Of a DNA stretch of 64,000 nt, positions 1 to 12,887 are shown one piece after another. The notes below the pieces were generated by a model, which was not told the origin of the DNA, searched no databases, and was given only the letters and a program-made list of their open reading frames with translations. This stretch comes from Paraspadella gotoi (lineage: Eukaryota > Animalia > Chaetognatha). The DNA lies in contig CM119265.1 in NCBI GenBank assembly GCA_051294375.1, positions 27,610,874 through 27,674,873 of the forward strand, in the 5' to 3' direction. Within the stretch, counting starts at the first letter, position 1. Each line of letters opens with the position of its first letter. The translations under genes were made by a program, and so were the position numbers.

Positions 1-118
1 CGCTCTGCAGTCTGCATGATATTGACGAATGAGAGTAATCACTATGGACATAATAAATATGCTGTAGTGACATAATATCACGAGCCATTAAATATGACCA
101 TCTGATCAGCGTCATTAT

Positions 119-350
119 GGCCATAATAGCGCACTGGGCTAACGCTCTATCTCAGAACCCAACGGTCCTGGGTACTAGCTCTGGTCGGTACGGTCCTTGA
201 AAAATAGTGACGGGCTGGTTAAACCACCGCCTACCGCCAGATCTGAAGTTCCGGAAAGGAAGACAAACTGACGGGAAATCTCACAGAACCACAGGGGCTA
301 TTCACAACCTCAGAGAAGCACGGCGACCCTCTCTCCTTTCCGTCACTTCA
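119..350 (+). mobile_element. Degenerate tRNA-derived SINE-like element
   Basis: GC-rich island with A-box-like TAGCGCACTGG and B-box-like GGTACTAGCTC at tRNA spacing, followed by a GC-rich body. Confidence 0.5.
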
Positions 351-600
351 ATGAAAATTTTATATTGGGAAAATATTATATTATATTATATCAAAATGAA
401 TTTTTAAAAATTGTAATAACAGATTCGGATTCGTTAGAAAAAAATAAGAAACTTTTGTAAAATATGTTTATATAATAATATATTTTAACGTTAAAGCTGC
501 AAAAAATGTCAAAACAGTTTATCATATAATAGTTTCTACTACAGTCTAACAGACAGTGAAAAAGTAAAGAATTTTGACTTTTTTTAAAAAATTTTAACAC

Positions 601-1284
601 TGTCGCAGACGTATTTGCTGAGAACTGGACAGACACATTGTCCTTTAGCAGATAACTTCGGTAAAAGTATTCCTCTCTCCGTGGTTCTTGCAAAACTGAC
701 AGCAGCGCCGCCTAGACCTCATGTACGCCAAGTCCATCCTGCCGCGGATCGGGGGCGGGATCCTCGATAGGAATGGTTACGGAGGTGGTGCGGTGACTTG
801 AATAATGTTTTTGCCTGAACTATTTGAGCTTCCAAAGTGGTTAGGATATTTTTCCGTGGTCTGATGTAAAACTGATGGTCTGTGCGGGACGCCGGCCCGG
901 GCGGGACAGGGAAGAGTGGTTTGGTGGTGGCGCGATGCCTTTGGCATAGTTCGTAGTCGTCTTGGGAAGGCGGTCGTGGCGGCGGCGGCAAGGAGCGAGC
1001 CCGATCGTTGAGCATTGCCCCTAAAGTATCCTTGGAGGGAGAACCCAAGTCCAGGAAAAGGCGACGGCGAGGAATAATGGAACCAAGATAGCAACGGAGT
1101 TAATACGACGGAGATTCACTGAAAACGCCGGAAGTTATCTCCCGGAGCGGAAAGCGGCTTCGTTGAGCGAGATGAATTCGGCGTCGGAGAAGCGAAGAAA
1201 AAGATGCCGTCGACTTCGGAGACGAGATTCAGCGTCGTCGGGGTCGGCGACTCGACCGAGAGACACTCGTCGTTAGAGCAAATT
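601..1284 (-). CDS. nanos: nanos exon: Ser/Pro-rich region followed by most of the Nanos (CCHC)2 zinc finger; frameshifted in this assembly
   Basis: The minus strand reads ...MRSRRRCCQFCKNHGER / EEYFYRSYLLKDN / VCPVLSKYVCD across two frameshifts, matching the Nanos motif CxFCxNNGE...Y.SH.LKD....CPxLxxYxC. There is a tttag acceptor at 1285 and a GT donor after 601. The last CGATG..AHT..YCP part was not found in the window. Confidence 0.8.
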
Positions 1285-2003
1285 CTAAATTTAAACAGAC
1301 AAATTCTAAAATTAACCAGACAGTTAATACTGAGGCTTCATATTATAGAATGAGGTACCCCTTTTTGTGACCAGAATCTGTTCCATCAACTACCTGATAT
1401 GAATTTCATGAAATTTTACATTTAAGACGAATTCTAATGACGATATCAACAGAACAATCGAGGCGAATTTTAATGATCAACCCCTGACAATAGCCATAGC
1501 TAATGAAATTTAAATGCTTTTTTAAATTTTTTTAATAGAATCAGGTTCATCGATGTCTTAACCATATAAAAATCTCTTTTAAAACTAAAATTAATAAATG
1601 TTTTGCTAATTAATCGGTGTTTGAAGATGCATGGTTCATCGTTTTTCTCTCATATTTTCCCCGAATTATTCCCAATCTGACTTGAACCGCTGATGTTCAT
1701 GAACCTGAAACTTAAGATAAACTAATATTTTTGTGGAAATAAATACGTTTTTGTGGTAAGAGTAATCGTCTGGGCAACTGTTTTTTGCCCCTATCTCAGC
1801 TCAGTTAATTGCAGTCGGTTATTTGTTTTTCGCTCTTATGAGCAACATATAGAAATCTTCTTTACGGAAAAATAAAAAGATACTGGTAAGGGGTAGAAAA
1901 ACTTTTTATTACAAGTTCGAAACCTCCCCTAATCCTAACTAACCCCTGATCCCTAACCACACCTAATCTCTAAACAGTAACCATATGAGTCTTATTAAGA
2001 AAC

Positions 2004-2147
2004 AAATTTCGGACATGTTTTGCGCTACAATCAGGAAAAAACGTATTGACTTGTGAAACAAATATTTAAAGTATTTGTTTATACAAATCAATTCATTTTT
2101 CGCGCCTGATAAAGGACTTACATTGAAGCCGAACATGTCCGAAATTT
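2004..2147 (+). ncRNA. Decayed Penelope-type minimal hammerhead with a partial inverted copy
   Basis: CTGATAA-aggactt-acattg-aagcc-GAACATGTC at 2106-2139 (consensus CTGANGA...GAAACATGTC). AACATGTCCGAAATTT is inverted at 2004-2019. Confidence 0.45.
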
Positions 2148-2306
2148 ATGTTCATTTTCTACCTCAAAACATTAAAAATATTAAATTAAAAATGGAATTA
2201 TTGAAGGGGCATAAAACATTTTTCTGACGGCTTCACCTGAAAAAGTGATTACATATAGAAATAAATGCAAAAAATTTTAACCAAAAGGAAGTTAGTTATG
2301 CCTTAC

Positions 2307-2330
2307 CATGATCGATGCTGCAACAAGGTC
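2307..2330 (-). CDS. Candidate 24-nt micro-exon of nanos
   Basis: ctccattttag|gaccttgttgcagcatcgatcatg|gtaagg on the minus strand, frame-preserving length. Splice signals are the only support. Confidence 0.25.
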
Positions 2331-3558
2331 CTAAAATGGAGAGGGTGACACGAAGACGATGTAAAGTCTAAGACGAGTGTAATGATGGCAGAAAGAGCGC
2401 GTGGAATAGTTTTTATTCAATGGAAAATTATCTACCATAATGGAAAAAAAAATTGTCGCGGTTTCTTAACTTAAATTTAATCTTAATTTATTCTTAACCT
2501 TATATCATTATTTTATAAAAGTTATAAAGCTTTAAATTACCAGAACCGGTCCAAAATTAAAGAGAAAATAATTTATTATTAGATGAAAAAATAATTTTTA
2601 TATTAATTATAATAATTTAGAATTTATTATCTATATATAAAAATAACTTATAAAAAATAATTAATATTTAAATTTTGCTTAATTTTTTTAAAAATTACTC
2701 TTTAAACATATTAATTTCCAAGCAATTTTAAATATTTTATTAGATTTATGATAAAAATTAATTTTTAACAAATAAATAAAAAATATTAAATATTTTATTA
2801 CTAAAAATTAACAAAATCTACTTATATTATTGGATAATGATGATAATGATTTTTTAAAGTTTTTCTTAATTTTTAACCTACTTATTATCAAATATTAAAA
2901 AAAGCTCAAATTTTATTTTCACCAACCATAATTTTGGCGCTTATAAAAACATTTGAAAATATTATTTAAAAAAAAAATAAAACCAAATATTCTAAATTAC
3001 CCTAACCTGAAACCTTTTTAACCTTAAACCACCCCTAACCCTAAACCACCCCTAAACAACTCTTAAGCCTAACCTCTACCTAACTTTTCCCTAACCCCGG
3101 CCAGTGAGAGCAAAAGTAACCCGCAAAAGAATTATTACTTGTAAAAAACAACTTTCATAATCTATCTGAATCTGCGTTTTAAAAAAATAAAATTAAAAAA
3201 AAAAATTTAACATTTTTATTTATAAATATTAAAAAATTAATTATTAATGCTTTATTAATTATTAATTAAAAATTTTGATCCAAATAAAAATTTTTTAAAA
3301 AAATTATATAAAGTTTATTTGGAGAGTTCTCAAATCAAACTTCAGACTTACCTCATTGATAAGGTTTGGCTTTCTAATTTGGATTCGCCATAAAAACAAA
3401 AAATTTAAAAAAATATTATAATTTTAATATTTAAACCATAAAAAATGAAAATGTTTTAACATATATAAGTTTATATTACAAAGAAATAAAAAAATTCTTA
3501 ATTTTTTACTTCCCCCAAAATATTAAGATAACAAAATTTTTAATTATATATTTTTTTA

Positions 3559-3583
3559 NNNNNNNNNNNNNNNNNNNNNNNNN
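3559..3583. other. Scaffold gap (25 N)
   Basis: Run of N. Confidence 1.
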
Positions 3584-4716
3584 TTTTATTCTTGGCGGAG
3601 GACACGACGGAGACCGAACAAAGTGACATCATATAGAGTCGGAATCTGCCTGATAAGCAGATCCGACTGGTAGCGCCGCCTTCAGGCGAATTCCAAAACT
3701 AAGGAATAAAAGGCGGAATTTCGATGCAGTTCATGTGATAAAATACACATCAAAAGTTTTATTATCATGTCATTTTATGTCATATCATAGTGCAATCAAA
3801 AGGGAAATACATGTAGAAAAATATAAGTCACTTGCCGGCCGCCAAAACATTGAAATTTACCGTTCTTGTTAATAAAGAAATCTCATATGAAAATTCTTAT
3901 TTGAAAAAAGACAGGTTATTCCAATGCCAGTACGTAGTCTTAAAATTACACCGGAAATACACCGGAGGCGGATAACCGTATGTCACTGCAGGCGCAACAC
4001 AACATTTGAATTTTGCAGCTTCTTGTTTTTTAATTCAATCAGATTGTTAACTAATGCAAATTAAATCTATCATTTATTCTCGCAATACTACTGGTCGATT
4101 TGTTAGAACGTTAAGTGCTACGGGGGAAATGGCCAATCTCCTAATTTAAGGAATTGTAAGTTGAATCGTCGGCTCTTTCTCAGAGCCGACCCATTTCAGT
4201 TTGGGCTCTTTTTTCCAGAGCGACTTCTATATTCTATTGCGTCAATCCCCAAATTTATTTTAACCTTAGAATATAAAGCCAAAATATATTTTTAAATTCT
4301 TTTATCCATTCCTTAAATAATTTGCCTAATTTTTAACCCTAAACCCAAACTCTTAACCCTAATCAATTTAGGGCCGGATCGATATTCGAGTTTTGCCTTG
4401 CCTGTCTGTCGATTCTGGGTACTTTCCACTTGTACTTTAAATAAGTTCAAATGAAGTTTATTTTTTATTCAATGAAAGCGTATTTTAATTGATATTTACG
4501 GTTTTAATTATACCCCACTATAATATGCAAATGGAGACTTAAAGAACAACATGATTTCCCAATATCATATCGAAATATTAGCCCGCAATAATTAAGATAT
4601 GCACTGTCTTATCTCAACCAGTAAATTATGTAATTAAAGTTACATAACTGTTTAAAATATAAATTTTTAGAAAGCATATAGATAACAAATATTCTAATTC
4701 AAGTGAAACTACTCAC

Positions 4717-4850
4717 GCATGAAAAATCTCTTCTGAAAATTTAACCGCTTATTTGGGAATTCGCGATTTTAAGTTATCTTTTCATCTTATTTAAATTTCG
4801 CTGAACAAATTTTTCTCTTCGCATACGGCGAATCTCAAACTCGAATTCAT
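4717..4850 (-). CDS. Candidate 5' exon of nanos
   Basis: gtgagt donor at 4716-4711 (minus), ATG at 4850 and a GC-rich region upstream. The frame is interrupted by stops, so it may be UTR or contain sequence errors. Confidence 0.3.
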
Positions 4851-7079
4851 GGATACTGGTATCACAGGTATTGTGAAGAGAAAAGCGCCGAGACCGACGG
4901 AGACGGCAGATCTAGACCCATTCGACCGATTACCGATCGACCGGACAGGGACCTGACCTGACTCCTTTCTCCCACTCTTTCTCTCCCTCTTCTCTCCTTT
5001 CCAGTCTCTCTCTCTCTCCTCTCTCTCCAAACCTTACTTGACGAGCTCAGCAGAAGGACCAAATTACAGATCACTGGATCAACAATTTTAGAGAGACGTC
5101 AATACTTCCTTACAAAGTTACCTACTACGTTCTTTCGCCTGAAGATCTCTACTTACGCATTTTATTGATTTCTCTACGATTTTATTGGACTCCTCTTAAA
5201 GATTTGATCTCTATTTCTACGAGATTTCAATATCGTTTCCTACAATTATTACATTTATTTATATTGATTCCTGCATTTTCCTTCCGACATTTTCGAGGCT
5301 TCCAGGTTACACCAAACGATTGGAACTTTCGTCAGATTACGTGCGACCACGTGACCATCCTCACCTCCAAGAGGCGTAGAGAAGCCAGCTTCTCCTACAG
5401 TATGTCCCTCACCGAAATGAGAACGAGTTTTCTTACGAAAATTCTAAGAAAACATTTACGTTTTTACTTCTTTTTGCACCAAAATTCTGAGCTCTGGCTT
5501 TGACGTGTTTTAGGAAAGCTCAAACAGCATGTGAAAACGATCGACGAAGGACAAAGGACGACGAATACAAACGACGACAACGTTTGTCTCACTATATACC
5601 ATAATCAGGATTTTTGCCGAAATGAGTTCCTTGAACCTCATTTTATGAGGATCTGCTTAAGAGTCTCTCCTCCTTTCTCTCTCTCTCTCTCTCTTTGTCT
5701 CTCAGATTCGCTTCATCCTCTTAAATTTTTGACATGCACAGGTATTAAAGAAATAAACCAATCCTTCGACAAATTTGTTAGATTATTTAATTAAAAACTT
5801 TAGATTTAGGAATTAATTCTTTAAAAAAAAACATTGGAAGAAAAAATAAAGAAAAAATTGCCTGCAAAAAAAAGATCTGAAATTTAAACAATAAAATCGG
5901 TCTAAAGAAGATTCCCGTACATCTTTTTTGCAAAAAATTTTACCCCGTTTTATGCATGATGCATTACGGTCGTGCTGCATGTGGGCATGAATTCAATATC
6001 TCGGCATCTTACTTGTAATAACATTTTGCAAATCACGGATCATCGCCATCCCGAAAGTCCCCCAGACAGTCTGGACAGCTCACAACACCATGGAATCTGC
6101 ATTCATGGAAGCGAGACGTGTGATGTAGCCCACTTGCAGCGCCGCAACACGGCCTCTGAAAGGGCACATCCTCCTTTACGTGATCGCCTCCCGTAAACAA
6201 CGGAAAAATTGAGGCGGCAGACAACCACCCGGGAAGTACGACCATAAAATTAATTGCGCCTAAAAGATAGTCAGTGCGTCAAAGAGCTTTAAGTAGGGGC
6301 TAGATATCTTTTAACATACATCCACAAAGCGGCAAACAATGTTTAAAAAATGCTTTAACAACTAAAAAATCGTCGCCACCCAAAAACATTATAAACTCTT
6401 AAAAAAGAACGCCCAACATGTCTGCGTGGCTGGAGGCAGACATAAAGGAGACTTTTGTCTTTGCCAAAATTGACGACAGGGCAGCAAAATTTAAATGAGG
6501 CGGAAATGTGTCAAAAAGCAATTGCGGCAAAAGAAAGAAGAGAAAGTGTGTTACCCTCTGTTAATTTCTTTCTATTTTTTATCCGAAATTTACATTTCTA
6601 AATAAGAGAAGTGAAAGAAGAGCTCTGCCTTTGTCTCTCCTTCTATCCCTTGTGAAACCGATAAGTTACCAAATTTCTCTTTCGTTTCCATTCTTTTATG
6701 ACCGCGAATCACTATCGTCCGTCTGAAACTTGGTTACTGTACTTTTCTCTCATTAAACATACGTTTTTTAAACTCTGTCGACTCATTTTTGACGCCGGGG
6801 GAGACTTGAACGTTTAGTTTCCGCGTGCGAGAAGATAGAATTCTTCTAGAGGAGAGAGCAGCGAGAGAGAGATATAGAGAAAGTGGGGAGAAAGAAAGAG
6901 TGAGATAAGTCCGGTAATATTGATGCGCGTCAGCGAGGCTTTATTATTTCTTTCTCTTCACTATTCTCTCTTTGATATGAGTTCATAAATCTTATAATCT
7001 TCTATACCAATCACTAAAATTTTCACACTTGCCTAAACAAGAAACAAACATTTTATTAAGTAAAAATAAAAACAAACTA

Positions 7080-7900
7080 AATATTCGATGGTCACGTGAC
7101 AAATTTCCACCAATCAATCAGATCGCAATTGAAAAATAATATCTTAGTATTGTATCATGACGTAAGAGATCACTGAATATTTAAATATTGAAAATTATTA
7201 TTTGAAATCCAAAATACAGAACATTAGGTAAAGGAATCACCGACAGAGACCAACATATTTTGAAAAATAATATATGTGGCATAGATCCGCCCTACTAATC
7301 ACTTAACCTAACCCTTAACCTAATAAATAAATTAAAGGTAATCCAATATCACCAATTACTCATTCACCACATAACACATCCAACCTTAATCTATATAAGT
7401 CCAGAACGTAATAATTCTAAAAAAAAATCAACTATAATTCATAATTATAAATAATTAAATTAAGCATTCTGGTAGATTCTCCAAAAATAAAACTTACAGA
7501 ATATACACGTAAAGAAATAAATTAAAAATTAATAGAATCAATAGCTAGTGTTCATGTCTCCGAATATGATGGTAATAAAACCTAGGTTAAAAATTATTAA
7601 GTCACAAATCTATAAAATTATTATTAAAACTAATGAACACCACTAAGAATAAATAAATATAAATTCTATAAAATATAATAGATATTACAGAAGAAAAAGC
7701 AATAAATAAATACTACTAGATAAAACTTAAAAGTATTTGGATAACAATGTAAATTTTATATGTCAACATTAAAAATAATTAGACAATTGTCTGATTATAC
7801 AAGCATGCCTTACAAATTCTACAAAAGTAAACATATATCTTATTTTAAGCAGGGACGTTACTGAAAAGAGCCAGGAGATGATTCAACTCTTCACTTTAAT
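7080..7900 (+). pseudogene. Highly decayed non-LTR retrotransposon AP-endonuclease remnant
   Basis: Only faint motif traces (ggcatagatccgccc ~ GIYRP, ataacacatccaacc = ITHPT), with no open frame. Confidence 0.3.
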
Positions 7901-10362
7901 GAATCAGATGATATAATAAAATTATAAGGCAAATTTTTTTATAACTCAAACATAATAACGACAGGCTTTACAGACTAAGACGAATAGAACACAGACAACA
8001 AATTACATATTTATGAGAACGCATAATAAAACTAATACCCATATTGCTACGACTTAATTATTTGTGTATATAATATTATTGAAGAGACACACAAAATATA
8101 TATATACAACAACAAGAAACCTAATGAGATAAATTCGTAATTAATATTAATTAATAATTCTAAAATATATGAGATTAATTAATTTTTTGGGATATTTTAA
8201 TGTCTTTAATTGATTCTGAACAGAGACTCAAGAGCAGTGAATGTCTGAAAAAGGGCAAGCGGAAATTGAATATGTTATATTGGTCAATTTTCTCAAAAAA
8301 CAACTATGGAGCCACATATAAGATGTAACTTAAGATTATACAATATATTCCAGTCATTCTCTATCCAAAATATAAAAATATATGAAAAAAGTGATCGAGT
8401 TTAGGATCGTGTTTACGGAATTGTTCTATTATATATGACTCTAATTACCCAAATATTCTCTTTTTAATATTTATTAAATATAGAAGAGAAAGAAGAGAAG
8501 TTCACACCAATATATAGAATTCAGTACTAAAAAACACGAAGAGATATTCAGCCTAAGCGGCTGTCCAAAGAGCGCAAGAAAATAATATACTTCTCCACTC
8601 TTCTTCTACCTCTCTCTCTCTCTCTCTCTCTGTGATCTCTCTCTCAATGTCTCTGCATTATAGCACAGATTGAAGAAAATGAAAATGACGATTATTTTAT
8701 ACATCAAAGACAAGAAGGTAAGACTGTACCTGACTAATATATATATCAAGCTGAGAAAACATATTAAATTTTTCTTATTAATATTTTATTAATATTCACA
8801 TATACTAATACATTCATTTAGTTAAAATACATTATCTGTTATTAATTCTCTGTTACATGCTTAATTACCTTAGTTTACGATCCATTCTATCTTTGATCAT
8901 AGTACATTACACGCTAAAATGTACTTGCTTTCTCTCTCCTCTCTCTCTCTCTCTGCTCATCTCATCTCTCCTCTTCATCCTCTCATCTCTCTAATTTATT
9001 ACCATATTCCACCAAAAACTTCCAAACATTACTATCCCCTATTTTCTTTCCCTTAACCCTTCCACCTGTCCTAAAATGCTGACCACTGTCCTTCTCACAT
9101 TCTTTTGTCGGAGATCCTCTTCTCTCTCTCTCTCTCTCTCCTCTCACTCTCTCGTCTCTCTCTCTCTCTCTCTCTTCTCCTCAACCTTTATGATCTTGTG
9201 AAAAATTTAACTGTCAACATCAGCTGGCATGAAGACTCGCAACAAGACGAAGAGCTCTGAAAACATGCATCACATAACATTTGCAATTAAAACAGTTGTA
9301 AAAATCATTAAAAACTTTACGAGCTTGTTCGAATCAGCTCAATTCTCGCCTTCATGATGACACACACCGAAAAAGAGAGGAAAATACCACAATGTCAATT
9401 TTTCATATTTACACAAACGACTATTCTTTATCACGCTCACTACATACAATTTTTGCTGTTTTTACTAATTAAAAAATACAAGCAATTCATAGAGTATGAC
9501 AGAAATTAACATGGCTAATTCAAAATGTATTCACAGATCTATCCCTTTTTCCAAATTAAAAAAACGAAAAAATAAAAAATTCACTATTGCCTTCATGAGA
9601 GACGTGTTTAGATTGCAAAAAAATAACCTGTTATACTTTTTAACTCTGATTTAAAACAATAAACCGCTGTGTACAATAATATATACACATAAAAAAGATT
9701 TAATAACCTATTTTGATCAATATGTCCAGCACCTGGTCCATTAAGGCTTTAATTTGAAACCACGCCCACCCTTCCTATCTCTTTCCTTTAAAAGATATTC
9801 ATTGAAATAACTGTTTTTTCACCATTAAAGAACTAAGGATTTGAACTATTGGCAGTACCAAATCTTGTTAAATTAAAATTCACGCCAAAGCACGGGAGTA
9901 TCCTCACTTAAATCCGATTGGAGTACAATACTTAAAATTTTATAATAGAAAACTAAGAGCAATTTTTCGTCACTTCCAGAGACATGTCACTCTTCAGTAG
10001 TACCCATCACACATAACTCAATTAAAAGGGTAAATGCTAATGTAGAAATCAGGCCGAAACGCTCTTTCTTTTTTTTAAACAGTTAAGTACTAGCGCCGCG
10101 CGTCAGAAATCTTCTAGAGATTTTATTCCGATAAACACTTGCCTTTAAGCGCTGCACGTGTTTCGATGAGCCACTTGATCTCGAACTATTGTACAATGAA
10201 TTTTTTAAAACGGTTTTTTCAAAGTAGCACATATCGACCATTCATCCTCCAGGACACTGGTGCATCAAAAATATAATGCAAACAACAATAAATTTAAATT
10301 AAGCTACTCCTATGACAGTGTCTACATTCTGCGGAAAATAAGGCCTATTTTTAATTGCTTAG

Positions 10363-10424
10363 GGCGGAGCGGCTACGTGAAGCTCACTTACTGACGGAAA
10401 GCAAAGCCATAACCCGTATTATTA
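10363..10424 (+). CDS. F-type-lectin-like gene A, candidate upstream exon (frameshifted)
   Basis: ttag|gg... acceptor and |gtaag donor. It reads RSGYVKLTY.../...SHNPYY, aligning with gene B PRDRYHPKCTCSERMKNGYPFF. Confidence 0.45.
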
Positions 10425-10794
10425 GTAAGATTTTACTTTAACCGTCCTTGTTAGAAAGTTTAACACCTCCAATTAGCTCATGCTATAATAGTTTAAGGTT
10501 AAGTTTGGGCATTACAGATAAGCGTTTAGAGTTAGGAGATATGGTAGGGAATAATATTAAGATTAGGTAAAAAGATATTCTATTTAGTATTAAATAAATG
10601 ATAGGATTAAATATAAAGATATATAGATTGAGAACAGATGGTCGGGTGCCTTTCATAAGACTAGAGCCCAAAAAATTGAAATTAAACGCTTTTATTTTTT
10701 TCTAAAAATAGGAAACCTCCAAAGTAAATTAAGTGAAGATGCAAGCATGTTTCTTGACAAACCTTTTGAGACAACTCTACACTTTACGTTTCAG

Positions 10795-10835
10795 ATAGAC
10801 ATTGGGAGCTATTACGGAAGTCGGACAAGATGATG
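10795..10835 (+). CDS. F-type-lectin-like gene A exon IDIGSYY(E)VGQ(V)M, needing two 1-nt deletions
   Basis: tttcag| acceptor and |gtaaac donor. After removing two bases it gives 13 codons aligning with gene B LDLGTPHEVESVE and the FTP motif VDLG....V..V. Confidence 0.55.
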
Positions 10836-11024
10836 GTAAACGTAAATCTTCAAACTATACCTATTATAATATTATATTAAGCGGACACAACAGGCTAAGA
10901 GAAGAACGTGAAGAGATTCTGTCATATCAAACAAACTTTAAAGCATCCCGGTGGGATAACGAAATAAATACAACAAAGAAATTTTTAAGAATTTTATGCT
11001 ATATTGAATGAACACATTTAAAGT

Positions 11025-12846
11025 TAAGCATTAATCAGATAATAGCAATTTACAATAGTTTATCCGTATTGACTATGATCATAAAAAATTTCTCAATTTT
11101 CCAAATTGAGGAATTCTTAAAATTATTCCACAAGGAATGCCAACAATTATTTATGTAATTTGGGCTCTACAAAATTAGTAAAAACTATAAACATACTAAG
11201 CAAAACAAAAAAAAAAAACACAAAAAAAAAAAAAAAAAAGCAACCAAACAATCGCGGTTTTCCCTATAACTTTGACCCACTTATGCATCCGAATATTGAC
11301 AACAAATGCATCATACTACCTACCTTTGTGTACGACAAACTTTAATGGGGCTAATCTGAATCCGTTCTCGTTAAAAAAAATAAAATATTAAAAAAAAAAT
11401 TTTCTATTTTCATTGCCTATGCATTATAATAGAATCCTAACAATACCTTCAATTATACTGCTGCTGCACCTATTTGTATATTTAAAAAGTGATAGTAAAT
11501 ATTGTATTAAGTATATGATCGAACAAATAAATTTTAATCATGACAAAACTCTCAATATAAACAGGATCAACTTTAACCCACCTTACTATACTAATATTCA
11601 AGGCGTAGTAAGGCAATTTTTAAATTTAACATTTAATTAAATTTCTAAAAGTAGGAACGAACAATAGTTATACTACATGAACATTTATGTAATAAAAAAA
11701 TTATAGATAAATTTACAATTTACGCAGTAGGCCATATTTATAGCGTAGTACTAAGACCAATAAAGTTAAAATTCTTAAAACAGTTTTGTTCTAGATTTTT
11801 TTTGCAGATTTGGATTAGTCATAAAAAGTTGATGAATAAGAGGAAAATATCTCTTTTAAAATTCCTTCATTAAGTGGGTCAAAAATTAGATAAGAGCTAT
11901 ATTTTATAGCTGAAAATTAACTTTTTATATTATCTTGAAAATATAGTTTTTAAATTTTTTACTCACTTAATAAAAAATTTTTAAAAAATGATTTATATTT
12001 TCTTTTATCAACTTTTTACGAGGATTCAAATCTGCAATCAAAATTAGAAAAGCCTATTTGAAATTTTTTGATTTATAAGGATAATATATATATATATAGT
12101 AATAAATATAGCAGACCTACTCACAAAAATTAAAAAACAAAAATTAATTTTTTTTTACAAAATAAATGTTCACTGAATGTGATGGTATGTTGTCTCATTA
12201 ATTGACGTTTAGAATTTTCATATGTAACTTTTCACTACCCTTAATATATAATAATTATATATATATAATATGATGGCAGTGATTTTGATTTGGTATTTCA
12301 ACATTGAAATTGAAACTTAAATAACTATTAATTCTTTTTTCCCACTGATAAATATGAAAACTTTCTTTATTAAAAAAACGGTTGGCATTAGTTATCTTCT
12401 CCTTATAACATGGACTCACTGGGTGAATTCTATGCTTTCAAAATACGGTAAGACATGATTTCTTTCACGTTAATCATTCCAATTACGGTATCAGCCTTAA
12501 TAAAAAAGAAACTAAAAACGATTTTTCATGGTAAGAAACAACTTTTAAAGATAAAATTGCTCGTAAGATCTGTCGCGTTTTTAGATATACTACTGCTTAG
12601 GCAAAAAATCGGCACCCATTATATATAAACTTTGTTTTGTTTTTCCACTGCTTTTTTGTTTTCTTTTCTTTCTCGAACTTTCTGCTCTGACTCTCTTTTC
12701 TCTTTCTTTCTGTGTTGAAGTATTTTGATTCTTCACGCCACATAATAAGCGTTTAAATTTTATTTTATTTCGTCATAGTCACTCCTATCCTACAACTGTT
12801 CTCACCCTCAATACTATCCATAACTCAATTCTTTGGTGGACGTTCT

Positions 12847-12887
<41 letters not shown>

